From: Octopus sinensis
Lineage: Eukaryota
DNA: 64,000 nucleotides
Reading direction: 5' to 3'
Assembly (NCBI RefSeq): GCF_006345805.1
Contig: NC_043016.1
Location: 20,522,001-20,586,000, forward strand
Positions 12,540 through 23,799 of this stretch are shown here, in pieces (position 1 is the first letter of the stretch; each line of letters opens with the position of its first letter). The position numbers and the translations under genes were made by a program. The notes under the pieces were generated by a model. The model saw nothing but the letters and a program-made list of their open reading frames with translations. It had not been told where the DNA came from and did not search any database.

Positions 12540-13430
12540 TCAGTCATTAGACTGTGTCCAAGCTGGGGCACCACCTTGAAGAATTTTTAGTTGAATGTAT
12601 TGGCACTAGAACTTTTTTTATTTTTACTTGTTGCGGCCATGCTGGGATATCACCTTGAGGAATTTTTAGTCAAAAGTAACGACCCCAGAACTTTTTTTAA
12701 TGGTTTTCAACCAGCGCATGAAGTTAAGCCTAGAAGGTACCTCCACATGCTAGAAGCAACAGCCAAATCTCTCAAAAATTTTTTTTATAACCCCCTCATT
12801 TTTTTATATTTTCAAAAGATCTTTTTACTTGCTTCAGCCATGCTGGGGCACTAGCTTGAATTTTTTATCATTCAAACACACTTCTTATAGTTTTTTAAGT
12901 TTCTACACGTTTCTTGAAGTAAATGCTTTCCCTTTTGTTAGAATTCAGACAATATGTACATTGAGTAGTACAAGAGTCTTGTGTTCTGTTATTCTAAAAA
13001 TAAGGAAACACATGGAACATACCACTGTGAGGGACATAGATGTTTTGACACAGTTTTTCAACTGAATATATTTTGCTTACTTAAAAAGTTGTAATTTTGC
13101 AAAAAAAAAATGTGAGACCTTCTAGGTTTAATGTTAAGTGATGGTTGATAATCACCAAAAAATGATTCTGGGGTTGATACAATCGACTAAAAATTCCTCA
13201 AGGTAGTGCCCCAGCATGACTGCACTCTAATGACTACAACAAGTAATAAGAAAAACAAAAATTAATTTTATCACTGAAGTGGTTTTGATCAAGCTTAAAA
13301 AAAATTCTAGGTTCCATACAACTATCTAAAAATTCAAGGTGGTGCGCCAACATGGCCAGCCAGTCTAGTAACTGCAACAAGTAAAAAAAAAAAAATTCTT
13401 GGATTGATGCATTCAATTAAAAATTCTAAA
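12540..13430. repeat. Two opposed tandem arrays of a SINE-tail-derived unit
   Basis: About three copies of ccatgctggg..caccttga.gaatttttag at 12540-12870 and about three reverse-complement copies (ctaaaaattc..caaggt.gtgc.cc..catg) at 13160-13430. The unit resembles the SINE A 3' end (aaggcggtgctccagcatggcc). Confidence 0.65.
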
Positions 13431-14602
13431 AACAAAAGAATAACCCTAAAATATAACTGTGGGGCTTTTTGTCTGGACCCCAGAATACGCACACCACCTG
13501 TTTTTGGCGTAACAAAAGCCCTAACCCTAAACCCAAACACTGGGTGTGCGTATTCTTTACTTTCACTGAATTAATTAATTTAATATCAGTTTTAACTTCA
13601 TTAATTTATTAATTTGATTTGTTAATATTCATGTTTTCCTTGATTAGGTCATTCATTTCTTTCTCACTATAAGTGCACTAATATCAATGATGTAATATTC
13701 AATTATGGTAATTAGTAAGCAGTTTTGATTCGGCATCATTTTGTAGTAGATTTATTCAGTTTGGCAAGAGAATAAGCTGCTAATATGTGTACTTTTTAAT
13801 AAGTTTCAGGAGGAAAATAATTTGTGTACGGAGATTGACCGATTCCACTGATTTATTCAGAAGAAAGGTCAGTTGGTGGACAATGTGAAAGACTACAGCT
13901 ACAGTACATTGGTGCCTGGAAGAAAACAAAGCATATTTGTTTCGTTTTACTTGCAATGTTTTAATCTAATAAGGACTTTTGTATTGACAAAAGATAAAAT
14001 CATAATAACAATACATCTCATAATTGCAAAATAAGGCATTTTGAAACTATGTACACAACAAAAACAAAAAAAGGTAGCTGCAGACCCATAGTTCTGTAGG
14101 CCCTTTAAACACGGTGTGCTTTATGCATGGACAAAACCAAAATTCCCACCCCCAAATTCGGCCCTATGGTGTTGATTCTTCAATGTTTACAGGTTAATCC
14201 GATGCAAGAACAAAAAAAAAAGTGTAATATGCAACACAGGCAGTAAATAAAAAAATAAAATAGAACAGAATGGTGCCATTTAGTAGAGATGACCCAGAAG
14301 TTGTTCCTTTTTGATTACCTTGACAAACAGCAGTAGCTTTCTTTATCTGAATACACGTTGATTGGTTAAAATTACCCAAATACAACTTTAACACGAAATA
14401 ACTTCTAAAATACGAAATTTTGTTAAAATATTAGAAGTAAATCGTGTTGTGTTCTGTGTGAGAAATTACACCGGTATATGAGTTTCAAACTATTTAGTTA
14501 AAAAAAATTAATTAAAATGCATAAGAATAGTAACAGTTTTTGTTTTTAAATACACCTGTTGCTAAAACACACATATCTCAGTCTATCAAAGGTCAGCCAA
14601 CA

Positions 14603-15007
14603 TGTCTTTTCGGTTTGAACGGCAGTTTTTTCTAGCAGTGTCATATGAAATTGTCACCCATAATTATGACCCTAGTATCGATCTATTGCATTTCAATCTG
14701 TTTTAGGGTTAGGGGTGGGGGGAGGGTATATTTTTTTCTTCACAAATGTAGATAAACCCAATCAGTTTCTTAAACGAGGGACATATTCATACAGCACAGA
14801 ATGTTTTTTTTTTACCTCAATGGACGTCATTGATTGGTTGAAATTGCAGCAAAAACAACAACAAATATCTTACAAACCATAGAATTTTCTCAATAAAGCC
14901 AAGAGAAAAAGATGTTTTATAAACACATTCTACCAGTATACGAAGTTTAAAATTTTTTAGTTACCTAGAAATTATGTTAAAAACTGCCGTTCAAACCGAA
15001 AAGATCC
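14603..15007. mobile_element. MITE with GGATCTTTTCGGTTTGAACGGCAG TIRs (Merlin-like family)
   Basis: Left tcttttcggtttgaacggcagttttt, right aaactgccgttcaaaccgaaaagatcc. Body matches 60379-60782. No TSD visible. Confidence 0.8.
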
Positions 15008-15576
15008 TAGCTGCTTTCTAACAAATTCTCGGTAAAAGTTCAGTTTAGTGATATTAAAAAAGTAAATACAACATAAATAGAGGATATTATTTACTTGATC
15101 AGAATGGCACATGGAAGACTAGTGGGACCACAGTTCATTGTTCCTGAAATTGAAATCCTCAACCATGAATCAATTTTGGAACATCACCCAATTAGCCAAA
15201 TCAGGAGACAAGATTCTTCATTGGTTGGTCGACTAATTATGAATTTATACATGTGCGAATATTGTAATTTGCCAGGTTTCCTTACTACAGTATTTGTTAA
15301 CAGTAAGTTGACTTATGTCCCTTTACTAGTTATCTCCTCCTTAATTTTTATTTCCATGTCACTAAAATGAACAATTACCTAAATTTTCTCCCATGATGAA
15401 ATATCCAATTTATGATATTCGATATGAAAATTTAAATTAATCTAATTTAATTACTCAATTAATTGGGTAAGGAAACAGCTGTAGATGTTAAAAAAAAATT
15501 TGACGTTATGCTGAATGGAATTTGTTCAAATAAACTTATATCTATATATTAATTTCTCAATTTTCTTTTTCTGTTA

Positions 15577-15900
15577 CATCATCATCATTTAACGTCTGTT
15601 TTCCATGCTAGCATGGGTTGGACGGTTCGACCGGGGTCTGGTAAGCCATGGAGGCTGCACCAGGCTCTAGTCTGATTTGGCAGTGTTTCTACAGCTGGAT
15701 GCCCTTCCTAACGCCAACCACTCCGTGAGTGTAATGGGTGTTTTTTTACGTGCCACCGGCACAGGGGCCAGAGCAGGCTGGCAAACGGCCACGATCGGTC
15801 GGTGCTTTTATGCGTCACCGACACGGACGCCAGTCAGGCGGCACTGGCATCTGCCACATTCGGATGGTGCTTTTTACGTGTCACCGGCATGGGTGATGAG
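15577..15900 (-). mobile_element. RTE 3' tail
   Basis: catcatcatcatttaacgtc...ccatgctagcatgggttggacgg; reverse complement of the family tail. Confidence 0.85.
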
Positions 15901-17304
15901 GATCATGATGCTGATGAATGACATTGAGTGTGTAGCTTTGACAGTGGCATGATGATGAATGTTTTTGACTTGTAAAAATCATTATCAATATGGCATTGTA
16001 TCATATTGTGCCCTCCTTGCATATATCAGTGGGCCATGCAGTATCACTAATCTCAATCTGAGCATAGGTACCTAATGTTAGCTCCATATAGAGATGGTGT
16101 TCAATTGATTTATGAGAATGGTGGTGGGGGAGATTGTGGTACTTATGTGAGACCTGCTATGCTGTACTCACAGAGTGACATACACCATTCTATGCCTGAC
16201 TGGCTGTACTGTAGTAGTAGTACACAGTAAGTGGATTTTCAAGGTGAGCTCTAATTGGCTGTATGCAAAGGAATTCATTACTGGGGTCCGGAACTCTGGT
16301 GGAAAAAAATTTCATGGCCTGGCCAACTCAAATTACATAGAGGGCCTCTTTAATCACAGAAAGTTTTTTGAGGGCTGCTTGTATACTGACAGAATTGAAA
16401 GTATTTTGCTCTCCCATGCTATTATTACAATAATGAATGAATGATCGTTGATTCAACATGAAATATCATTCCAAAACAGTAGTATCTTTCTTTTTTTTAC
16501 TTTTCTTTAATTTTTGATAAAATTTTTAAATGTTTGTTTAGATAAACCCATTTCAAGAAAGTATCAAGAGGGCTGCAAGATAAAAGTCTGTGGACTGCAT
16601 GCCCTGTTCTCAGCTTAAACTCATGAGCTGTTCAAAATCACTTGTGGATGTGCAAATGAGCAAACGAATTGAAAAACAACTGGACTATTGGTGTGGAGGT
16701 GCACAGGACAGGGCGGTGGGTTAATTCATTAAAAAAAAAATGAAATTTTAGAAAACAATATTTTTTTTTATTCATAATTTCCATATTTTCTACGTAATCC
16801 CAAATTTTTTTGCAAGAACGTTAAAAAAAAAAAAAAAAAAAAAAAAAGCAAAATTTGTGTGTGTATTTGGGGAGGATTTAAATTCTGAAAAGCTGATTTG
16901 TTTTGTCAGAATCAAAATCTCTGAGGGGCTGAAAACGTCGGAATCTATATAAGAAAAAAATTTTTTAACCTAAAGCTGATGGGTGTGTATTGAATACTTC
17001 CACCGTCACTAAAGTAGGCTTACAATAGCTAATTTTCATATATCTAAAACCAACTGAACGACATTCGAATCACATGCTGTGGTAAGAACATGGTCGGCCT
17101 TTAAAATATATTTACAAAAAGACGCGAAATATAATGCAGTTAATTATAATACTTCTATAATCTGAAATTTCTGTTTCCGTTACTAGACAACATTACAATA
17201 TGCCGCGTAGATGGCACTTGTTAAAGATGTACGATAGGCAGTGGAAGGTAAACTATATAGGTTTCTAGAGGGAGGCACAATGTAGTTACTGTTGAAAATA
17301 AGAG

Positions 17305-17697
17305 CCGGAGTGGCTGTGTGGTAAGTAGCTTGCTAACCAACCTCATGGTTCCGGGTTCAGTCCCACTGCGTGGCATCTCGGGCAAGTGTCTTCTGCTATA
17401 GCCTCGGGCCGACCAAAGCCTTGTGAGTGGATTTGGTAGACGGAAACTGAAAGAAGCCCGTCGTATATATGTATATATATATATGTGCGTGTGTGTTTGT
17501 TTGTCTGTGTTTGTCCCCCTAGCATTGCTTGACAACCGATGCTGGTGTGTTTACGTCCCCGTCACTTAGCGGTTCGGCAAAAGAGACCGATAGAATAAGT
17601 GCTGGGCTTACAAAAAGAATAAGTCACGGGGTCGAGTTGCTCGACTAAAGGCGGTGCTCCAGCATGGCCGCAGTCAAATGACTGAAACAAGTAAGAG
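17305..17697 (+). mobile_element. tRNA-derived SINE, family A
   Basis: Head ggagtggctgtgtggtaag...ggttccgggttcagtccc (A/B-box-like), internal (TA)(TG) spacer, tail aaatgactgaaacaag. Copies at 33605 and 57861. Confidence 0.9.
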
Positions 17698-17799
17698 AGA
17701 GAGAAAGCTACACTCACGTTTTTAAAAAAATGTATAATTTAGTAGGCATTTAGTCATCTTTCGGTTAATGTTTACTTTAACAACTGGCCGACAAAACAA

Positions 17800-20250
17800 T
17801 AAAAAAAAAAAAGCTTCCACGGGGTAATGTAGTTTTTTGAAAATATTTTTTCGAATTCCTAGGAATTTGAAGTTGGAGATTACAAATATGGTTAACAAAA
17901 AAAAAAATTCAGATTCCTAATCACCCCCAGCTCCCCCACTCCCAATTAAATTTTTTTAATTTTGTTTGCTCTAAGATCATAGCGAATTGACGAACATATG
18001 CAAATTGAAATTAAATACAGGCAAAAACATTAAAGCGAAAAGAATTTGCGTTTTACTTGTGTCTGCCTTAATATATGTCAACTATATGTAGCGGTCGTAT
18101 AGAAGATGGTGTGTTACTGTTGTTTTTAGCCCCAGGAAGACATTCATATCTATCTATTTCTTTATACACACATAAATAATATGCTTACTGAATTTAAAAT
18201 TTTGAAAACGCGGTTTCTGGCATATATTCGGAATTTCCATCATCTAAAACAGGAAAAAAAAAACAAAAAAAAAAAACTTTTTTTTTTTTTACATATTCGT
18301 AATCTCCGTCATCTAAAACGTAGGAATCCGGAAAAATTTTTAATTTTTTTTAAATGCATTTTTCAAAGAGGGGTGCAAAATTGCAGTTCTGTTTGTTTCT
18401 TGGCGTGCTTCCCTTTCTGCAGGTATCTCTCTTTCTCTGGACGGCGACATTCTTTTGGCTGACCTTGATATTGTAGACAAATTGGCGTAACTACAGATTT
18501 CTGACCCCCCACCACGACTTTGGATGGTCATAGCTTTCAGAAAAATGGATATTTTTTAATGAAAGTGTCTATGAATATGTGTTATATCATGTAGATTCCG
18601 AATATACAAAACTGTTGGGGGAAATTCATTAGGAGGGGGTTGAGTGGGGAATTTCGGAAAATTCACCGGAGTCCACTTCAATTCGCCTTAACTTTCAAGA
18701 AAATGAATATTTTTTAATGAAATTCTCTTCAAATATACCCCTATGACAAGAAGTGAAATTAAAGTGTTTTCTCTACTCATGTTTTATAACGAACATAACC
18801 CAACATGTTGTGGTTAGTTTTTTTGGAATAGTGAGTTCCTGTAAAAAAACAGAAACTCAAAAAAACATCCCAAAGGGGATGCGGTCCATTGGGCGATCTT
18901 TCGTCTCTAATCGACGGAAAGGGCTACTAGAGACGAAAGATTGCCGGTCCATTGTCTTTACCTCCGCCTTTTTTTCTTTTTTTTATACCCGTTCCACTAT
19001 TCCTTTTTTTTTTTTCGTTTTCGTTTCCAGGTAATAATGTCAAAATTAACAAAAAAAAAAAAGGAAAAAAAAAACCCCTACAATTTCAAAGTTGGAACGT
19101 TCGAGAAGTTTCACTGATAATACACGCATGTTTTTACCTAAAAAAGTTGTTAATTGTTGGAGCATGCGTCTCAAAAACGTAATGACGCATGCGCAAACAA
19201 ATTTAACAACCCTTCAAGACACCACATGCGTATATTTTCAATGAAACTTCTCGAACGTTATAACTTTGAAATTTATTTATTTAAAGTATCGTCATGGGTT
19301 ATCGTATTTTTTTTTTGTTTTTTTTTTTGCATATTCTTAATCTCCGACCGAAAGAATTCCGAGTGAGTGGCGAGAGAACTTCGAAAAATTCACAAGATCC
19401 GAGGTTTTCAGTCCACAACTTTGAGGAAAATAAATTAAGCATTTAACCATATCTTTTAATGAAATTGTATGTAAATACCTTTCAGACGACATGCATTACG
19501 TAATGTACCGTAAACCCCTTATTGTTGTTCGGAAAAAAAAAAAAAGGTAGAGGATCCCACCCCCGCAAATGCGTTTTTTGAAGGTGAGGTGCGAAACTGC
19601 GTTAGCCACTTTTCTTTACCCGTTATTTTAAGATAACATTTTTCAGAATGGCAGGAAACACAGATGGTGGTTTCACATACTAGTGTAGCTCGTTCAACAG
19701 TGGTGCCCCAGCATGGCCGCAGCCTTCTGGCTGAAACATTTTAAGGGATTTTATATATATATATATATATACACATACAATTTTATTAAAAGATATCCAA
19801 TTTCCTTAAAGTTACGCGGGCGGGAAAAAATCGGATCTTGTGAATTCTCCGAAGTCCTCTCCCCACCCCTTCGGAAAAAATTTTACTCACAAATTTCTTA
19901 ATAATCGTAATGCCATTTGAAAGGTACTTACATAAAATTTCATTAAAAAAAAAAAAATCTTCCTAAAAGTTATGACGGTAAAACTCGGATCTTGTGAATT
20001 TTCCGAAGTCTTCTCACCCCACCCCCACCCCGATGCTTTCTGCGCATTTTTGCTTTCATATTCGTTTCCTACACATTTTTTTTACACCCGTCCCACTATT
20101 TTTTTTAAAATTTCGTTTCCGGATAATATTGTAAACATTAACCATATTTATTCCGAGGGTGTGATGGAGAGGACTTTCGAAGAGAAAAAAAATTCACATA
20201 AATGAATAATTCTTGTTTGAGTGCCATGGAAAAAAAATTAAGGGCGATTT
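17800..20250. repeat. Cluster of CpG-retaining MITE-like modules in mixed orientation
   Basis: Recurrent aactttca.gaaaa...ttttaatgaaa and ggatcttgtgaatt.tccgaagtc modules (19833, 19987, reverse copy at ~19372). Hairpin 19083-19130 / 19224-19271. Confidence 0.55.
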
Positions 20251-21797
20251 AGCTGTTGTTTTTAGCACATCTCACGACCATCTGATAACTTGCTTGTTTG
20301 TTTAATATTCTCGGTTAATCACTACAAGTTCTTTAGATCATTAATAAGCAAGTTAACAAATAAATATATTTATATACGCACACAGAAAACAGTAAGGAGG
20401 CTTGGTTATTATCTCCCTTGACAGAAACCTCTCAAGATTTTCTGAAGTTATTTGAGAATAAAGAATTCTTTGTAACCAGTAAAGAATATTTGGGGAAAGG
20501 GTTCGAGGAAGAGCGAACCAGAAATAATAGGGTTAGGATGAACTTAATTTCAAATTACTTTCATTCCATCTTCCCCAGTTATCTGAATGCGATTTAAGGT
20601 TACCGGAGGTAAGCAGAATAGAAGAAATTGCTTGCTACACCGGTACAAAACGGAAGTGACATACAGAATAGCACATGCTCTATAAAATCAGTTTAATTTC
20701 AGTATTTAATGCTTATAAAATATATGACAAAGCAGTAATGAATAAAAGAGTACTTAATTTTAGCAGCCACTATGTGTAAGCAATGTGCCGGCTGTTAAGA
20801 CGCTTTCATCCTCAGCTGCAGTCACTTTTTTATACTGGAGTTCCGTTCAATAAATTCTTGACTTGTCAAGCAGACTGTCTGAAATTTGTTGGACCGCATG
20901 CAGATCAGTCTCTCTTCGTAAAATTTGAAAGCTCAGCAGTCAAGATACACATTACGATAAAAATCTAAATTTTACTTTTATATTGTTTAGCTTGTCTTAC
21001 GGCCACATAAGTGTAGCCCAAAGGCATTTTCCTGTATTCATCCCATTCAAAGATGAAGACGGTAAAATGTGCTTAAAGGGGTATTTCCATGAGGTCGAGC
21101 AACCAAATAAAAGCTACCCCGTATATCTTGGCAATTAATTTAGGAGGACCCATTTAAAAATAGTAATAGTAAATCGTCCCTGACAACCTAATTAAATTAT
21201 CCGATGCACCTATAATTTGCACGTGTAAAATATAAAACTTGACATTTTGATATAATTAGAAAACTACTTGCATATCTTCTAACATCAAACCTGTTACAGG
21301 GTTCTCATGCCGTCCTAAAATATTTTCTCTCAACATTCGGTTGACTTTGAAGCTGAGTGCTAATCCTCAAAACTAATTAATTTTAGTTTTCAAATGATTT
21401 TTTTAAAAATAAACACCCTTCTGTCTTAATTTTTATCCGTGCAACACAGATTATAAATAACACTGCAACATTCATTTTTAAGAATTATTTCATAATTTTC
21501 AACAAAATTGATAAGGAAATCCTTATTTCATAAATGAAAAAAATCGGTGAAATAATGACTGACAAATGAGAAAGAGAAGGCAGCTGGTTTCCAACGCCTG
21601 AATTTGTAGACGTTTGTTTGAAGGAAGATTTGGATGTTTCTATAACGAGTAGAGTGAAATACCATATTGACTGCCATGAATTTTTCTCAATTATAAAAAA
21701 TAAAATAAATTGCTTGGTAAATACATTCGTAAATAATGTAGAGAAGAAACATATTTAGCACTTAACAATTTGAAGAAATAATAAAATATTCGATTAC

Positions 21798-22799
21798 CTG
21801 TAACTGAATAAACTTCTTATAAAGAGTATTTTCTCTCTTCAAGTTAACATCTTTAACTATACAGCAGATAATATATGGTCGGATGGCTACGGCATTTGAT
21901 GTGATTCGAACTGTCACACCGTCTTCTTCGGGAAAATGTAAAATATGAATAACACTTTTGGGAACATCATTTTCTAATGTATCTTTTTTGGACTGGCGGT
22001 TCTTTTTTTTAGCTTTTCCTGATCTCGGAATACCAGAAGAATTACGTCCTTCTTCAGACTTTTGCTGTTTGGTGAGAGCAGTGGAAAGAAACTCAAAAAT
22101 CGTCTTCTTATTTGACTGTTCGAGTAATTTTAGCAGTTTTCTATCTTTTACTCGGTTTCCTTTGAGATTCAGCTCTTTAAGGCGTTCACATAAACACAAT
22201 TCTGGAGCAATGTCGTTTAAATGGTTTTCTGATAAGTCCAAGACATTTAGATGAGACAAGTTATTCAATTCGGGAGGAATTTCTTCAATATGGTTGTTAG
22301 AAGCTAAGACATGGCTTAAGTGGACCAAACTTGGATCAGTTATACCATCGGGAAGGCATTTTAATCGATTAAACGAAATATTCAATTTGTGAAGGTTTTT
22401 GAGAGCTGCTATGGATGGAAATATTTCGAGTTGGTTTTTGTTAACATTTAGCACCTCTAATCCAATTAAACCATTTATTTCATTCGGGATGTTGATTATC
22501 TCGTTATTAGACATATCCAAAACTTTCAGCTTGGTTAATTTGCCCACTGAAACTGGAATTGTTGTTAGTTTATTAGAACAAAGTATCAAACTAGTCAAGT
22601 TTGACAGATTTCCTAGATCTGCACCTAATTCATTTAAACAGGTCATTGATATTTCGAGGTGATTTAAACCAACCAAAGTATATATTCCCTGGTCCAATCC
22701 ATTTTTAATAATCCTTGAGTTAATCTGTTGCCCTTTAAGGGATAATTCATGGCGATTTTCCTTCTTCACTGTTTCAACTTCCGACCACATCGACTCCAT
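21798..22799 (-). CDS. LRRC47: LRRC47 coding exon 1 (N-terminus, LRR array, start of B3/B4-like domain)
   Basis: ATG at 22799-22797, 334 codons, ending KKFIQLQ|gtaatc. N-terminal W.E.E....E.R.EL.L.G motif, multiple LxxLxLxxNxL repeats, basic linker, then IRPYIICCIVKDVNL. Confidence 0.97.
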
Positions 22800-23130
22800 A
22801 TTTGAAAACAAGTGAAGCTAGAAGTAAAGCTAAGGACTTATTCTACGTCATAAAATTTAATTCAATTACACATATTACTCCATTTTACGGAATATTAATT
22901 ATTTTATTTAATCATGCAATATTTTCTATTAACTTCTTTTATTCAGGAAGAAAATATGCTCACATTACAGAGCTAGCTTCCTCTCAGAACTCTCTCTCTC
23001 TCTCTCTCTCCCCCACTCTCTCAGGCTGGTTGTTATGTCTATTTTGCTCGTCAGAGAGACAGAGAGAGAGCTACTGAGAGTGCTAACACGAAAGGTGCAA
23101 CATAGATTTCTCATAATTTCAAGAAAATAC
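22800..23130 (-). promoter_or_regulatory. Probable LRRC47 5' UTR / proximal promoter
   Basis: Immediately upstream of the first coding ATG. Contains a TGACGT half-CRE (plus strand ctacgtca at ~22843-22850) and a (GA/CT)n tract at ~22990-23020. The TSS cannot be determined. Confidence 0.35.
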
Positions 23131-23137
23131 ACATTTT

Positions 23138-23446
23138 GGCGTTCCTTCGTTTTAACTCGACAAAACCATAACATGACTTCGGTTGTTTCCGTGTCAACTC
23201 GACAATTCCCTTCGGATATCTTCGTGACCTCCGTAACAGCGTGCGTGTTCTGTTTTTATGTATTTATATGTTGTGGAATATAGATATAACGAAATTATGC
23301 CAGCAAAAAGCCTTGCATATTTGTTCTTACTTGTAAAATCCGCAAATTTTAGGAGGTCACGAAGATATCTGAAGTGAATTGCCGAGTTGTCACGGAAACA
23401 ACCGAGGTCTCATTATAGTTTTGTTGAGTCAAAACGAAGGAACGCC
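23138..23446. mobile_element. MITE-like inverted repeat (~95-bp arms, ~120-bp spacer)
   Basis: gcgttccttcgttttaactcg...cttcgtgacctcc (23138-23232) pairs with ggaggtcacgaag...caaaacgaaggaacgc (23352-23446). Confidence 0.75.
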
Positions 23447-23561
23447 CACAATTTTTATATGTCAAACAGAGAAAGATTTTTGGGCTGTAGATTGCGAATG
23501 TGTCAGTAAAATTTAGAAAAATACCATTTATTGCAAATATAGAAATGTGAAATTTATATTT

Positions 23562-23790
23562 GGATCTTTTCACTTTGACCGGCAGATTTTTAAAATAATT
23601 TCTTTGTAACTAAACACTTTTAAACTTCGTATACTGGTAGAATGTGTTACATAAAACATCTTTCTCTCTTGGCTTTATTGAGAAAATTCTGTAGTTTGTA
23701 AGCTATTTATTGTTTGATTTCTTGCATTTCGGCAATTTCAACCAATCAATGACGTCTATTGAGGTGAATGCAATTTCTGCGGTGTCATAT
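23562..23790 (+). mobile_element. Truncated GGATCTTTTC-terminated MITE (Merlin-like, second subfamily)
   Basis: Starts GGATCTTTTCACTTTGACCGGCAGATTTTTAAAATAATTTC; body matches 58378-58520. Confidence 0.7.
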
Positions 23791-23799
23791 CAGTTTGCA

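Noticed and set aside
13810-13868. Exon-like segments at 13810-13868 (+), ~14318-14345 (-) and ~60850-60930 (-)
   Set aside because: Plausible splice dinucleotides, but the peptides fit neither LRRC47 nor MEA1, whose exon chains are already complete and in phase across these intervals.
16560-16710. Cys-containing stretch (ELFKITCGC) resembling a transposase CXC tail
   Set aside because: Too short and frameshifted to assign.
17305-17380. tRNA genes at 17305, 37204, 49745, 57160 and similar
   Set aside because: These are tRNA-derived SINE heads that continue into shared SINE bodies; no complete cloverleaf.
21762-21797. ORF-track extension VIEYFIISSNC and TTG start at 22811
   Set aside because: Read-through past the CAG|GTAATC donor; the first ATG is at 22799.
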